IMG/VR virus record: IMGVR_UViG_3300045988_077266
Coordinates: 17,375 to 81,374 of that record
Strand: one strand, 5' to 3'
Source of the DNA: a virus
DNA: 64,000 nucleotides
Numbering within the stretch: the first letter of the stretch is position 1; every line of letters begins with the position of its first letter. This document shows positions 9,599 through 19,026 of this stretch, one piece after another. The notes under the pieces were generated by a model. The model was not told the origin of the DNA, did not search any database, and saw only the letters and a program-made list of their open reading frames with translations. The translations under genes and the position numbers were made by a program.

Positions 9599-11344
9599 TT
9601 ACTTGTTTTCAAGTTTTTCCCAAATACTATTGGGGTCAGAATGTTTAATGACCTTGGGCATAGCAAAACTAAATACACCCTTATCATCTTTCTTAATGTT
9701 CTTCTTTACTTCGCTAAAGCAAGTGGCCTTGACCTTGTTGCTCCAAGCATCAATATCATTTTCGCCACAAGATAGTCCCTCAGCCTTAAATTCTGCAAAT
9801 TGTTCATCGTTGATATAAGTACGGACTTCCTCCATAACACTATCCACACGGCAAGCCATTTCCTTAGCAACAACAGCGGCCTTATAAGCCCGTAGTTCCT
9901 CAAGCTCAGTGTCCTTGTCCATGATGATATGGTCACGTTCCTCAACGCTCTTTTCAAGCTCAGCAATCTTAGCCATCATCTCGTCCTCAGACATCTTAGT
10001 GGGTTCCTCTTTATGCTCGTTCTCGTCCTCATCATCCTTGTCATCAGACTCATCATCTTCATCCTTGGGGTCAGCGAACTTGGTATACTGTTCAACATTT
10101 TCTGGTTCAGCAAACTTCTTAATATTGTCAGTATCAGTAAACTCTTGCTTTACCTCGACAAGCTCCTCATCATAACTAAAGCCTTCCTCGGTCAAGCTAA
10201 AGTTAAGACGATATAGTTTCTGGTCACGGTCAATAAGAATAGCGAACTTCTGATTATCCTCTTCATAAATGCCCTGAATACAATAATCCCAAGCATCATG
10301 TTCATGGATAGCATGATAAACATGACCCCAAAGGTCACCAATGTTTACAGCGCTAAATTCAATCTCAGCCATCTTTTCCTCCTTTCCACCTTCATTGTCA
10401 TCCAAATCAAGTTTCTTATAAATCTTTTCAATTTTATTTACAACGGTAGTCTCGTTCTCTTTCTTGGCATAACCAAGAGCAGAGGTAAGGCCGTCCCGGT
10501 TGTATACAAAAGTGTCACCTTTAAGTTCCATCACTGGATACTTTAGATGTTCAGAGGGAGCTTCTTCCCAACCATCTTCGACAAGCATATAGACAGCCTT
10601 AACAAGGGTAGCCTTGTTGTTGGCCTCCATAATCTTATCTCTCATGGTCGTTTTATCCACTTCGCCCCATGCCTTATCAGACATGGCCTCTTTGGATTTA
10701 TCAATCTTATAAGTCTTAGCCATACTTTCAATACGCTCCTTGGCAAACTTTTTCAAGGGGGTGAGATTATGTTCATTCATTTTGTTAAAATAAGCATCTG
10801 CATCTTCTTGAGAGAAACGAATCATAGTTACATCGGACTCAGGGCAACTGGGTTTAACAGCCTTGCCGAGAGTGGTCACACCTACAATGTTCAGAGATAA
10901 AACCTTATCGTTCGTATCATCGCCATTTTCGGTCTCAACCCTCATCTCAACACTAACCGCCCGTTCATTATCATCTACAAACATATCATAATATTTCTTT
11001 GCATACATCTTAGAGATAACAGCCGTTGCATAAGCCCTCAAATAACCATCATCATCTTCCACGAACTCAATTTCTTGCTCTTTGGGAAAAATACCCATAA
11101 TTTGTTCATCAGGCTCGTGCGTAGTAGCATCAGTGCCAAGCCAATTCATCTTGGCCACCATCCACTTGCCTAAAACCGTGCTTGCGCATTCTCTCAATAC
11201 TTTTTCAGAAATCTCAAGCCCATGACTATTTGGCCGTGTGCTTAAAAAACCAACTTTGGCGATTGCGAACTCTTTTTCATCGTAATCGTCAAATTGAATT
11301 TGCTGAATAGTATCAACAGCAAAGTTAATAAGTTTTTCCAACAT
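9599..11344 (-). CDS. putative prohead protease/scaffolding fusion protein
   Basis: 581-aa ORF between portal and capsid genes. It has an acidic central tract (DEDDESDDKDDEDENE) and a C-terminal coiled coil. The functional call is positional. Confidence 0.4.
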   Translation of the reverse strand: MLEKLINFAVDTIQQIQFDDYDEKEFAIAKVGFLSTRPNSHGLEISEKVLRECASTVLGKWMVAKMNWLGTDATTHEPDEQIMGIFPKEQEIEFVEDDDGYLRAYATAVISKMYAKKYYDMFVDDNERAVSVEMRVETENGDDTNDKVLSLNIVGVTTLGKAVKPSCPESDVTMIRFSQEDADAYFNKMNEHNLTPLKKFAKERIESMAKTYKIDKSKEAMSDKAWGEVDKTTMRDKIMEANNKATLVKAVYMLVEDGWEEAPSEHLKYPVMELKGDTFVYNRDGLTSALGYAKKENETTVVNKIEKIYKKLDLDDNEGGKEEKMAEIEFSAVNIGDLWGHVYHAIHEHDAWDYCIQGIYEEDNQKFAILIDRDQKLYRLNFSLTEEGFSYDEELVEVKQEFTDTDNIKKFAEPENVEQYTKFADPKDEDDESDDKDDEDENEHKEEPTKMSEDEMMAKIAELEKSVEERDHIIMDKDTELEELRAYKAAVVAKEMACRVDSVMEEVRTYINDEQFAEFKAEGLSCGENDIDAWSNKVKATCFSEVKKNIKKDDKGVFSFAMPKVIKHSDPNSIWEKLENK

Positions 11345-11372
11345 CTCACCTCACTTCTTTATTAGGATTATA

Positions 11373-11552
11373 TCAAGACTCGACAACGCCAAGTCTTTTT
11401 AACACTTTGTCTAATTTATTAGACTTTTTAAAATAAACGGCCCCATTATCCATATAAGAAGGGGCGACACCGGCTTGATGGATAGCAAACGCCAAATCTT
11501 CATCAGCCATAAAATATTTACTTAGGTCAGATGGTGTATCTCTAATAACCAT
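11373..11552 (-). CDS. small hypothetical protein
   Basis: 59-codon ORF (MVIRDTPSDLSKYF...), below the ORF-track cutoff. Its ATG overlaps the upstream stop as TAATG. Confidence 0.35.
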   Translation of the reverse strand: MVIRDTPSDLSKYFMADEDLAFAIHQAGVAPSYMDNGAVYFKKSNKLDKVLKRLGVVES

Positions 11553-12085
11553 TACTTATTCTCCCCAAGAATCCAAAAGTCAGGAATATCATGGTCATAG
11601 GCAGGGCTATCGCCATAAATATCAATTTTATCGCTGAGCAATATCACTTGCTCAACAACCTTATTTACATCTTCCAGCAAATCAAGCAAATCTGCATAAA
11701 CATGAATATCATTGTTATCAAAAGCGATTTTAGCACAACCCATCATCATTGCTTGGAAATTAATATTAACTTTTTCAAGGTCTTTAATAATCTCGATTAC
11801 AGAACTATAATCTTGGCCACCTTCAGGTGTTGCCGCATAGTAAACAGGGATGTTGTAACGCTCTAAACATTTCTCGCCAATCAAATCAGACAAAGCGGGG
11901 TAATAATGAGCAATACCATGATGCACCAAATTAGCAGTCTGATTATATGCGAACTTAACACCAAGAACGCTAACCAATCTATCCAAATGACGGTTCATCT
12001 TAAAGCACTCACCAATCAACTCTGTAACAGCATTAATAGTATTTTGTGTCACTAACATATCTTTCACCTTCTTACTGGTCATCAT
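11552..12085 (-). CDS. hypothetical helical protein
   Basis: 177-aa ORF overlapping the portal gene's end. A weak Dps/ferritin-like pattern was noticed but is not supported. Confidence 0.5.
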   Translation of the reverse strand: MMTSKKVKDMLVTQNTINAVTELIGECFKMNRHLDRLVSVLGVKFAYNQTANLVHHGIAHYYPALSDLIGEKCLERYNIPVYYAATPEGGQDYSSVIEIIKDLEKVNINFQAMMMGCAKIAFDNNDIHVYADLLDLLEDVNKVVEQVILLSDKIDIYGDSPAYDHDIPDFWILGENK

Positions 12086-13631
12086 TAAGTTCTGCTGAAT
12101 CAGATTTATCTAACCTGTCTTTTTCAGGTCGACCACCCATGTCTCCACCAGCCGTTGTGTTTGTATTCAACATGAGTTGACTATACTTATTAAGCCAACC
12201 ACTATTCTTGCTGGCCATCAAGCTCTTCTCAAATACAACAGGGTTCATGCCAATCAAAGACGCATAAACAGAACTATCAAACACAACTCCCTTATCGGCC
12301 AATTTCATTACATTATCAAATCTCTGTTGGCGCTCACTGCGATAAGTAGACCCATTAAACACAAACTGCCACTTAAATTTCTTAGTAAGCTGATTACCAA
12401 AGAAATTCATAAACTTGCTAAACTGGTCATATAGAGGGCGCATAGTTTGATAGGTTTCATTCTGCCCAGCCTCAATCTCAGCATTAGACATTCTGTCAGA
12501 GCTATAAATAACCCTGCTTACGTTACTACCAACACCAGCAGTAGAGCTTACTTGAGTAGTATACATTGAGGGGTTGCTATCGTTATACTGGAAGAACTTG
12601 TTGTCACCAGTAGGCATGGCCGCAACCTTAATTGTGTTACCAAGACCTTGCTTCACCTTAGACATAAAAGCGCCCAGCGTCTTAGGGTCGATTGCGAACT
12701 GGTTTTTCTGTGTACCAGACTTAGCATTATCAAACAACTGAATAGCACCAGCCAAAATACCATAAGCAGCATTTATGTCCTTATCCAACTGCAACTGCTG
12801 AACTTCGTCATCAGTAATGGCGTTCTTTAGCAGAGGGGCAAGATAAGGTGTGGTGTTAAAGTTGCTAAGATTCATTTTGAAGCAGAAGGCACCATCATTA
12901 GGGCTTGTCTGTGTCCACATAGCATAAGTGCCAACACGGTCTGCAAACGGATTGGTAGGGCGATAGTCTTTGAAAGACTCGTTTTCACTAAATACACGCT
13001 TATAATATTTTTTAAAAGCAGGGTCAAAACTATCAATGTCTACGCCCGGATTTAAGAAATACTGCATATTAAAGTCAAACAACGGCCCAACATCGCTCAT
13101 GGCAGTCATCATACAATAGTCTTGTGGTAGCATCTGCAACGCATACCGCATCTGACCTTTATTGCCCCACTTGGTTTTGCGCCACCAGCAATAATATACT
13201 TCATGCAACAAAACCTGTTCAACTACTTTTCTAAACTCGCCCTTATAGTCAAACTTTAGCAGAAAATCATCAATTCGCCGTTTATCGTCCTTATATGCCT
13301 TTGTATCGTAATCAGATTCATCAGCATTGATACAGATACACTGTAGGTCAAAGGCCAAAGAGTTGGCATAGTTTTTGATGGTTTTGGCGAAAATCATATC
13401 AAAGCAGTTTAGATACTCCATATAGCTCTGAATATTTTCTGCATTATTACGATAATCAGATAGTGCTTGTCTAACGGCCTTAGATGTGGCTTCTCTTGCA
13501 TCATTGTTAAGGTTTTGCAGAATAGCGTTACTCAGCCAAGGCGACCATACATTATACATCTCGCCATAAGCCAATCCAGAAGCAAAATCAATAACATCTT
13601 GGACTTGGGATTTAGTTAATTTTTCAGGCAT
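12072..13631 (-). CDS. putative portal protein
   Basis: 519-aa ORF directly downstream of the large terminase, with an AAAGGAG RBS. The call is based on size and position. Confidence 0.55.
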   Translation of the reverse strand: MPEKLTKSQVQDVIDFASGLAYGEMYNVWSPWLSNAILQNLNNDAREATSKAVRQALSDYRNNAENIQSYMEYLNCFDMIFAKTIKNYANSLAFDLQCICINADESDYDTKAYKDDKRRIDDFLLKFDYKGEFRKVVEQVLLHEVYYCWWRKTKWGNKGQMRYALQMLPQDYCMMTAMSDVGPLFDFNMQYFLNPGVDIDSFDPAFKKYYKRVFSENESFKDYRPTNPFADRVGTYAMWTQTSPNDGAFCFKMNLSNFNTTPYLAPLLKNAITDDEVQQLQLDKDINAAYGILAGAIQLFDNAKSGTQKNQFAIDPKTLGAFMSKVKQGLGNTIKVAAMPTGDNKFFQYNDSNPSMYTTQVSSTAGVGSNVSRVIYSSDRMSNAEIEAGQNETYQTMRPLYDQFSKFMNFFGNQLTKKFKWQFVFNGSTYRSERQQRFDNVMKLADKGVVFDSSVYASLIGMNPVVFEKSLMASKNSGWLNKYSQLMLNTNTTAGGDMGGRPEKDRLDKSDSAELNDDQ

Positions 13632-13654
13632 TTGTCACACTCCTTTCTTTTAGA

Positions 13655-15502
13655 TTAAAAGACAAGTTGAATATCATCTATATCAACATCATCTTCTTGC
13701 ATAGATTGGTTGTATTTGTTTTCAAGTTTACTAGCAATATAATTGCCGTAAGATAGACAGACAGCACGGTCTTTAGTCCCCATTCGGGGTTCTTTTAATT
13801 TCACCCTGCCATCCTTAAACTCAGCACTTAGATTAACAGCCTCTTGTATCATCAAGTCAACTTGGCCATATGGAGCAAGCTCCTTTGCTAAATCCTCACT
13901 TGACAACTCAAAAAACTGGCCATTATCCTCAAGCACCTCTTGTCTATTCTGAGTAGGTATCAAGAACTTAACATTATTGCTTTCAAGCTGTTTCTTCAAC
14001 TCAACCCACATAATAGCGTTGAGTTCACTTGTGCCAACAACAGGAACAATACAAGGTAAGGCGTTTTTATCAACTGTTCGCCCCACCAAGTCATCTATCT
14101 TATTGTTTGGGACAACGTGTAAATCTTTGTCATTTACAACAGTAAAACCACAAGAGTTCCACATATTACCACGTTCAGGGTGTTCCCATTGCATAGTCAT
14201 GCGGTTATAAAGGACTTCGCCGCCACTACGAAGGTCGGGCACATAATAATCGGCCTGATAGTCCCAAAACAACTCTCTTGCTCGGTCAGCAGCGCCTAAG
14301 CTATCACTAGCCGGGTGTCCCTCAATGTAGTCTACATGACGCTCGAATCGGTTACCTTTCCAATGTAAAGACATCAGCATAATAATGGTATTATCGTTTG
14401 CTTCACGAGAGGTTGTATTAGCGAAAGCATAGTCTGTGATTACCAAACGCAACTCATTATCTTTCTTAGGGATATTACCTAAGTCTTTCATTGTATATAT
14501 GTCTATACTGGTAGGCGGTATGAACGCTTGTTCAAGTGTTTGATTTTCCTTAAAATTCTGTATCTTAAAGAAAGCATCTTCAGCCTCGCCTATCATCTCA
14601 TTCAAGTCCTCCATGCGATAATCCATATCACTTGACATTTTCCTTGAACGGCGCAAATCGCCCCACGTTTTTAGGCCATTCGCAATAGACAAGAATATAT
14701 CGCCAGCAAAAACATTGTATTGCGTCCTTTTATCATTATAATACCCTGTTACACACCCCTTGAATGTTCGCCAAAACCACTCAAACCGATAACGAGCAGA
14801 CGTAATATAAATAGATTGACATTCTTCAGTCCATCGTTTATTATTAGAATACTCAGGGTTTTCAATGATATACTTCGCTTGTCTTGGGTGTGCCATCTTT
14901 TCAAATACTGAGTCAATAATACCTTTCTTTAACAAACGACACTCTTCATAAATCAACAACGTAGCTCTACGGCCACGAGACCCTTCGTTAGCTGGTAACA
15001 CCTCAAGTGTAGAACCATTTAAAGCACAAGTTATCTTGTAACCATCATCACTCTTGGTAATAACCAAATATTCTTTCTCATATAAGAAAAGTAAATAAGG
15101 CGATAGTTTTTTAATCAATTCGTCCCTTATCTTTTTTTCTACAATAACGTTGGCTTGGGCGATGGTTGATGCAGTAATAATAACCTCAGAATATGGGTAA
15201 AGCAACATCTTTACTATTGCGGCGAGGCCAACCATAAAAGTCTTTGACAAGCCACGGCTACAAATAGCAAAGAATACATCACTAACGCCCATCAGATATA
15301 TCATCAAAGCCTGAAACGGCTTTAATTTAATCTGCAACACTAAGTCTACAAAAATATGCCAGTTACGACGAAACAGAGTAACCCAGTTAATGATATTATC
15401 TTCTTTTTCTTGAGATGTGAGTTTATGAGATGAACGTAATTGAGTGGTTATAAGATTGTTTTCCATGAACTGTCTACGCAGTCCACCCATCCGACTACGC
15501 AT
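13655..15502 (-). CDS. terL: terminase large subunit
   Basis: 615 aa with a Walker A-like motif (CSRGLSKT), a Walker B-like motif (LLIYEE) and an N-terminal LKPFQ motif. Position is upstream of the portal gene. Confidence 0.65.
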   Translation of the reverse strand: MRSRMGGLRRQFMENNLITTQLRSSHKLTSQEKEDNIINWVTLFRRNWHIFVDLVLQIKLKPFQALMIYLMGVSDVFFAICSRGLSKTFMVGLAAIVKMLLYPYSEVIITASTIAQANVIVEKKIRDELIKKLSPYLLFLYEKEYLVITKSDDGYKITCALNGSTLEVLPANEGSRGRRATLLIYEECRLLKKGIIDSVFEKMAHPRQAKYIIENPEYSNNKRWTEECQSIYITSARYRFEWFWRTFKGCVTGYYNDKRTQYNVFAGDIFLSIANGLKTWGDLRRSRKMSSDMDYRMEDLNEMIGEAEDAFFKIQNFKENQTLEQAFIPPTSIDIYTMKDLGNIPKKDNELRLVITDYAFANTTSREANDNTIIMLMSLHWKGNRFERHVDYIEGHPASDSLGAADRARELFWDYQADYYVPDLRSGGEVLYNRMTMQWEHPERGNMWNSCGFTVVNDKDLHVVPNNKIDDLVGRTVDKNALPCIVPVVGTSELNAIMWVELKKQLESNNVKFLIPTQNRQEVLEDNGQFFELSSEDLAKELAPYGQVDLMIQEAVNLSAEFKDGRVKLKEPRMGTKDRAVCLSYGNYIASKLENKYNQSMQEDDVDIDDIQLVF

Positions 15503-16368
15503 TATTCTTCACCTTTTTGAATCTCAGGGTAGTCACGAGTATTGGCGATTAAATTCCTCATACATCTCATAATCTCGGCCCACTTAATACCAAAACCACT
15601 AAAATCTTTATATTTCTCTAAATCTTCACATTCACATGGCTTGGTATTTTCAACCATCCAGCACATACGTTCAATATGTTTTTCAACCTCACTCTGTTTA
15701 TTATCTTGGAACTTATCAAGTTTGAGCAAAGCCATATTCTTACGCAAACTTTCTTCGGCCTTGGTTATCTCACCAATATCACCGTTTTCATCGGCCTTGC
15801 GTTTACGCAATTCAGCCTTACATAAATCTCGGTATCTTAACTCAAGGGCAGTATCCATATTGGGCAAATCTTGTGTGTACATATCAAAAAAGGCGTTTAA
15901 CAGTTCGTAATCCTCGACCTCAAACTTGCCCCAAAGACGTTCCATCTCAGTCAAGTCCAAAGGCGGCTTATCCTCTATTTTTTCTCTTTCTACGCCAGTA
16001 TCCACAAAGTCACTCAACTTCATGTCGCTCTGCCAAAAGCCCTCTATAACAAAGCCCAGTTCCTTGAGCGTATTGTGATAGGCCATAAACAAAGTAGACC
16101 CATTAGACCCACCACTCTTGCGGCTAACAGCCATGTCATAATATTCTCTAATAACAGGATAACCCATCTCAGCGCACAGACACCACAATGCCCCGCCCTC
16201 AGACTTTAATTCTTCCTGATATTGCTTAAATCTAATGTTAAGACAAGCACGGCAAAGTGGTAGATATATATTATGATGAGGGTTGAGGCTTTGAATAAAG
16301 GCCGTCTTTTCTTTTGGCTTCATACAGCCTACACACCATGTTTGTGTAGTCCTATTAAACTCTGCCAT
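15502..16368 (-). CDS. putative small terminase / DNA-recognition protein with N-terminal zinc ribbon
   Basis: Start trimmed to MAEFNRTT..., which has an AAGGGG RBS. It has CVGC...CRAC cysteines. Its stop overlaps the terL start as TAATG. Confidence 0.4.
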   Translation of the reverse strand: MAEFNRTTQTWCVGCMKPKEKTAFIQSLNPHHNIYLPLCRACLNIRFKQYQEELKSEGGALWCLCAEMGYPVIREYYDMAVSRKSGGSNGSTLFMAYHNTLKELGFVIEGFWQSDMKLSDFVDTGVEREKIEDKPPLDLTEMERLWGKFEVEDYELLNAFFDMYTQDLPNMDTALELRYRDLCKAELRKRKADENGDIGEITKAEESLRKNMALLKLDKFQDNKQSEVEKHIERMCWMVENTKPCECEDLEKYKDFSGFGIKWAEIMRCMRNLIANTRDYPEIQKGEE

Positions 16369-16656
16369 GTTTCCCCTTTCTCTACATAGGAAAAGAGTGG
16401 GCCAAGTTGTCTCCCTTAGCCCACACGTCCCATGAAGAATATCCAATAATTCCTTATATTCAGTTTTGCTGGTAGTTTGGCTTTAGACCACTTACCAGAG
16501 ATACAGGGCATAGCCCTTAGAATCACCTCCTCTCATACTTTAGTCAGATATTTTCTGACAGTTGGACGCAAGGTTGTGACCCTCCTCTCATTTGAGAATT
16601 TAATTAATGTCTTACCTTTCGGTTGGTAAGATATTCAAACCGCATAGCGGGATGAA

Positions 16657-17844
16657 TCAATTTAGGTAATAAATCTTGTTAAAACATTCACCATCTTCGT
16701 CAAAACAAGCAAAATAAGCACCAGCACGATTATTTTTCATAATGCTCTTGGCAAATGGGTCGGTTCCGCACATAGACGGAACACGAATCACTCTTTTAGA
16801 CCCTACATTGCCAACTCCAACTGCCTTGCTTGATTCGCTGTGAAAATGAGCGCCATAACAAGCATCAATGGTAACATTATACAAATCCTCAAAATATTTC
16901 ATTAACATTTCAAGGTCTCTTGTTTCTCCATGAGCGAATAACAGGTTTTCATTAAAAACTGTTGTGAAATACACATCATCATAAGGCTCAACCTTAATAT
17001 TTTCACAATCTTTCAATCTTAAAGACACAAAAGCATGAATAATATATTCAAGGTTTTCTTCTGGAAACTCTGGCTTTTGAGAAAGATAGCGTTGAACCGT
17101 ATGATTGCCGGGAACAAAGGCCACCTCAATAGGTACTCCAAGCCGATTCTGTACTTCAGCAAGCCAATTAGAAACAAATTCGGCGAACTCTACCGTAGAT
17201 TTAACCACGGGCTGACGTAACTTAACTAAGCTTGAGGCTCGAATAAGACCTTCAAGAGAATCCCCATCAAATACAATCTTTAACTTATCAATATCAAGGT
17301 CATCAGCGTCCATTTTTGCAAGTAAAGACCACATTCTTGTTTTGAATATATCTTTGTTATATATATTCGCAACTTCACCCATTAAACCTTTAACTGTATA
17401 ATTGCTATCGTAATGAGCATCAGCTACTACAAGCAATCCAATCTTCTCTGCTGGGTTAGTATGATTAAAATGTTTAATCTCGATAGGAGACAAACCGGCA
17501 ATAGATTCTTTTAATTGCTCAATAAGCAGTTCATTTCTACCAATGGCTCGATAATATTCTTGTGCTTGAAGATTGACCGTTTGTAATTTTTTGCGTTCTT
17601 TGATAAGTTGCTCTTTTGCCTCGGTCAGTTCTTGAATTTCATCAATATCCTCGGCCTCAACGTCTCCCATATCCTCAAGATGTTTCAAAAAGATACCAAA
17701 AACCTTTGCTCCTCTGCGAATATACTCATCCGCAAACACATCCCTATAATCTGAACCAAGCACTTTCTCGGCCCAATCTTGATAGCTAATGACTCTATCC
17801 TCAAGCTCTTGAGTCGCTATCTGCGCTTTGCTCAATAATGTCAT
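16657..17844 (-). CDS. calcineurin-like metallophosphoesterase with N-terminal coiled coil
   Basis: The motifs appear in canonical order: VADAHYD, FDGDSLEG, VPGNHT, FAHGE, GAHFHSE. Confidence 0.65.
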   Translation of the reverse strand: MTLLSKAQIATQELEDRVISYQDWAEKVLGSDYRDVFADEYIRRGAKVFGIFLKHLEDMGDVEAEDIDEIQELTEAKEQLIKERKKLQTVNLQAQEYYRAIGRNELLIEQLKESIAGLSPIEIKHFNHTNPAEKIGLLVVADAHYDSNYTVKGLMGEVANIYNKDIFKTRMWSLLAKMDADDLDIDKLKIVFDGDSLEGLIRASSLVKLRQPVVKSTVEFAEFVSNWLAEVQNRLGVPIEVAFVPGNHTVQRYLSQKPEFPEENLEYIIHAFVSLRLKDCENIKVEPYDDVYFTTVFNENLLFAHGETRDLEMLMKYFEDLYNVTIDACYGAHFHSESSKAVGVGNVGSKRVIRVPSMCGTDPFAKSIMKNNRAGAYFACFDEDGECFNKIYYLN

Positions 17845-17850
17845 ATCCTA

Positions 17851-18579
17851 TTATCCCTTTTCTTCTTTTTCAGCATATCTCCACTTGAACCCGCCAGCCG
17901 TCTTTTGCTTTCTGAATGGGCTGCAACAATTAGAAATATAAATTTTATCAATTCCTGTTGCAATACCGGCAGCAGTCATAGACTCAAACACAGCAATAGT
18001 ATTTCCGTCCATATCCATTTGGACTACAGCACGAGCAGTGGTTGATTGACCAGCCGTTCTTTTATTGGTCTTAGCCTTATCTTCCCTCTTTTTCTCAAGT
18101 AACTTTTGGAACTCTTTCTTTGCCGACTCTCGCCGTTGTTCAATTATTTCGTCAACACAAGCGCTTGCCGCCAAACTGTCAGCCCTAATCTGTCTTGTGT
18201 AATCACGCTCAGTTAAAGCCCCTTTTTTGAGCCTCTTACGATATTTCCTTGTCACGCCTTGCATATTTACATCATTGATAAAATCATCTTCAGGCGTAAA
18301 TATCGGCACAATCCGACCCGGAACAAGGTAAGTTACTTCTTTACCATTTGGCATCCGCTGTTTTATATAATGGCTTTCTTCCTCTTTTATCGTAAAAGTC
18401 CCTATCCCCGGTACTCTACAACACCCGTTATAAAACACTTCACGAATAATAACCTCTTGAAAAGCAGACCACCATTCAGCAGCGGTTTGGATAGAGGTGG
18501 TGTCTTTCCAACGACAGGCTTGTTTGAAGAACTCTTTATTAGTGGTCATCATGCCACGAAAATTATTCACTTGTGCCAT
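17851..18579 (-). CDS. HU/IHF-like DNA-binding protein fused to a NUMOD-like C-terminal DNA-binding module
   Basis: HU-like arm pattern (VPGIGTFTIKEE...GRIVPIFTPEDDF). The C-terminus (DGNTIAVFESMTAAGIATGID...GGFKWRY) resembles homing-endonuclease NUMOD/IENR-type modules. Confidence 0.5.
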   Translation of the reverse strand: MAQVNNFRGMMTTNKEFFKQACRWKDTTSIQTAAEWWSAFQEVIIREVFYNGCCRVPGIGTFTIKEEESHYIKQRMPNGKEVTYLVPGRIVPIFTPEDDFINDVNMQGVTRKYRKRLKKGALTERDYTRQIRADSLAASACVDEIIEQRRESAKKEFQKLLEKKREDKAKTNKRTAGQSTTARAVVQMDMDGNTIAVFESMTAAGIATGIDKIYISNCCSPFRKQKTAGGFKWRYAEKEEKG

Positions 18580-18994
18580 CGTCTACATCCTCTTCATCGT
18601 TTTCGTCATCTTCGTCATAATTAACTAAACTCGTGTTAGCGGGATTTTCCTCACCCACATCAAACAATGTAGCCTCTTTTTGCTTTTCTGCCCATCTGTT
18701 GCTTAGTCTTAACACCGTTTTCTGGAAACCCGGAACATCTTTGGGTTCAGTATAACATTTCTTTTGCGGGTTCCATCTCCGCACATCAGCACGAGGAGCA
18801 ACCTGTTTCCAACTAAGATGTCCAATACCCGGAATAGGAACTTCAACCTGTCCTAAAAGCCCCTCTTGGATAATCTCGCCATAAATATCAAGAACAGACT
18901 TAATTATATCTGCTTGAAGCCCTGTTCTAAGAAAAATTTGATAGGCCACCTCTTTTTGAGTTAACCTTGGTTTTTTTGAACTATAACCAGCCAT
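18563..18994 (-). CDS. HU/IHF-like DNA-binding protein with acidic C-terminal tail
   Basis: HU-like pattern (KEVAYQI...VPIPGIGHLSWKQVAPR...) followed by the tail DEDDENDEEDVDD. Confidence 0.5.
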   Translation of the reverse strand: MAGYSSKKPRLTQKEVAYQIFLRTGLQADIIKSVLDIYGEIIQEGLLGQVEVPIPGIGHLSWKQVAPRADVRRWNPQKKCYTEPKDVPGFQKTVLRLSNRWAEKQKEATLFDVGEENPANTSLVNYDEDDENDEEDVDDGTSE

Positions 18995-19026
18995 ATTTTA
19001 CTCCTTTTCCCTAATATTCCGTCACT

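Noticed and set aside
11552-12085. Dps/ferritin-like identity for the 177-aa protein between the portal and protease/scaffold genes.
   Set aside because: Only a loose helical pattern (HH...D..GE...ER) is present. The ferroxidase-site residues could not be aligned by eye, so it stays hypothetical.
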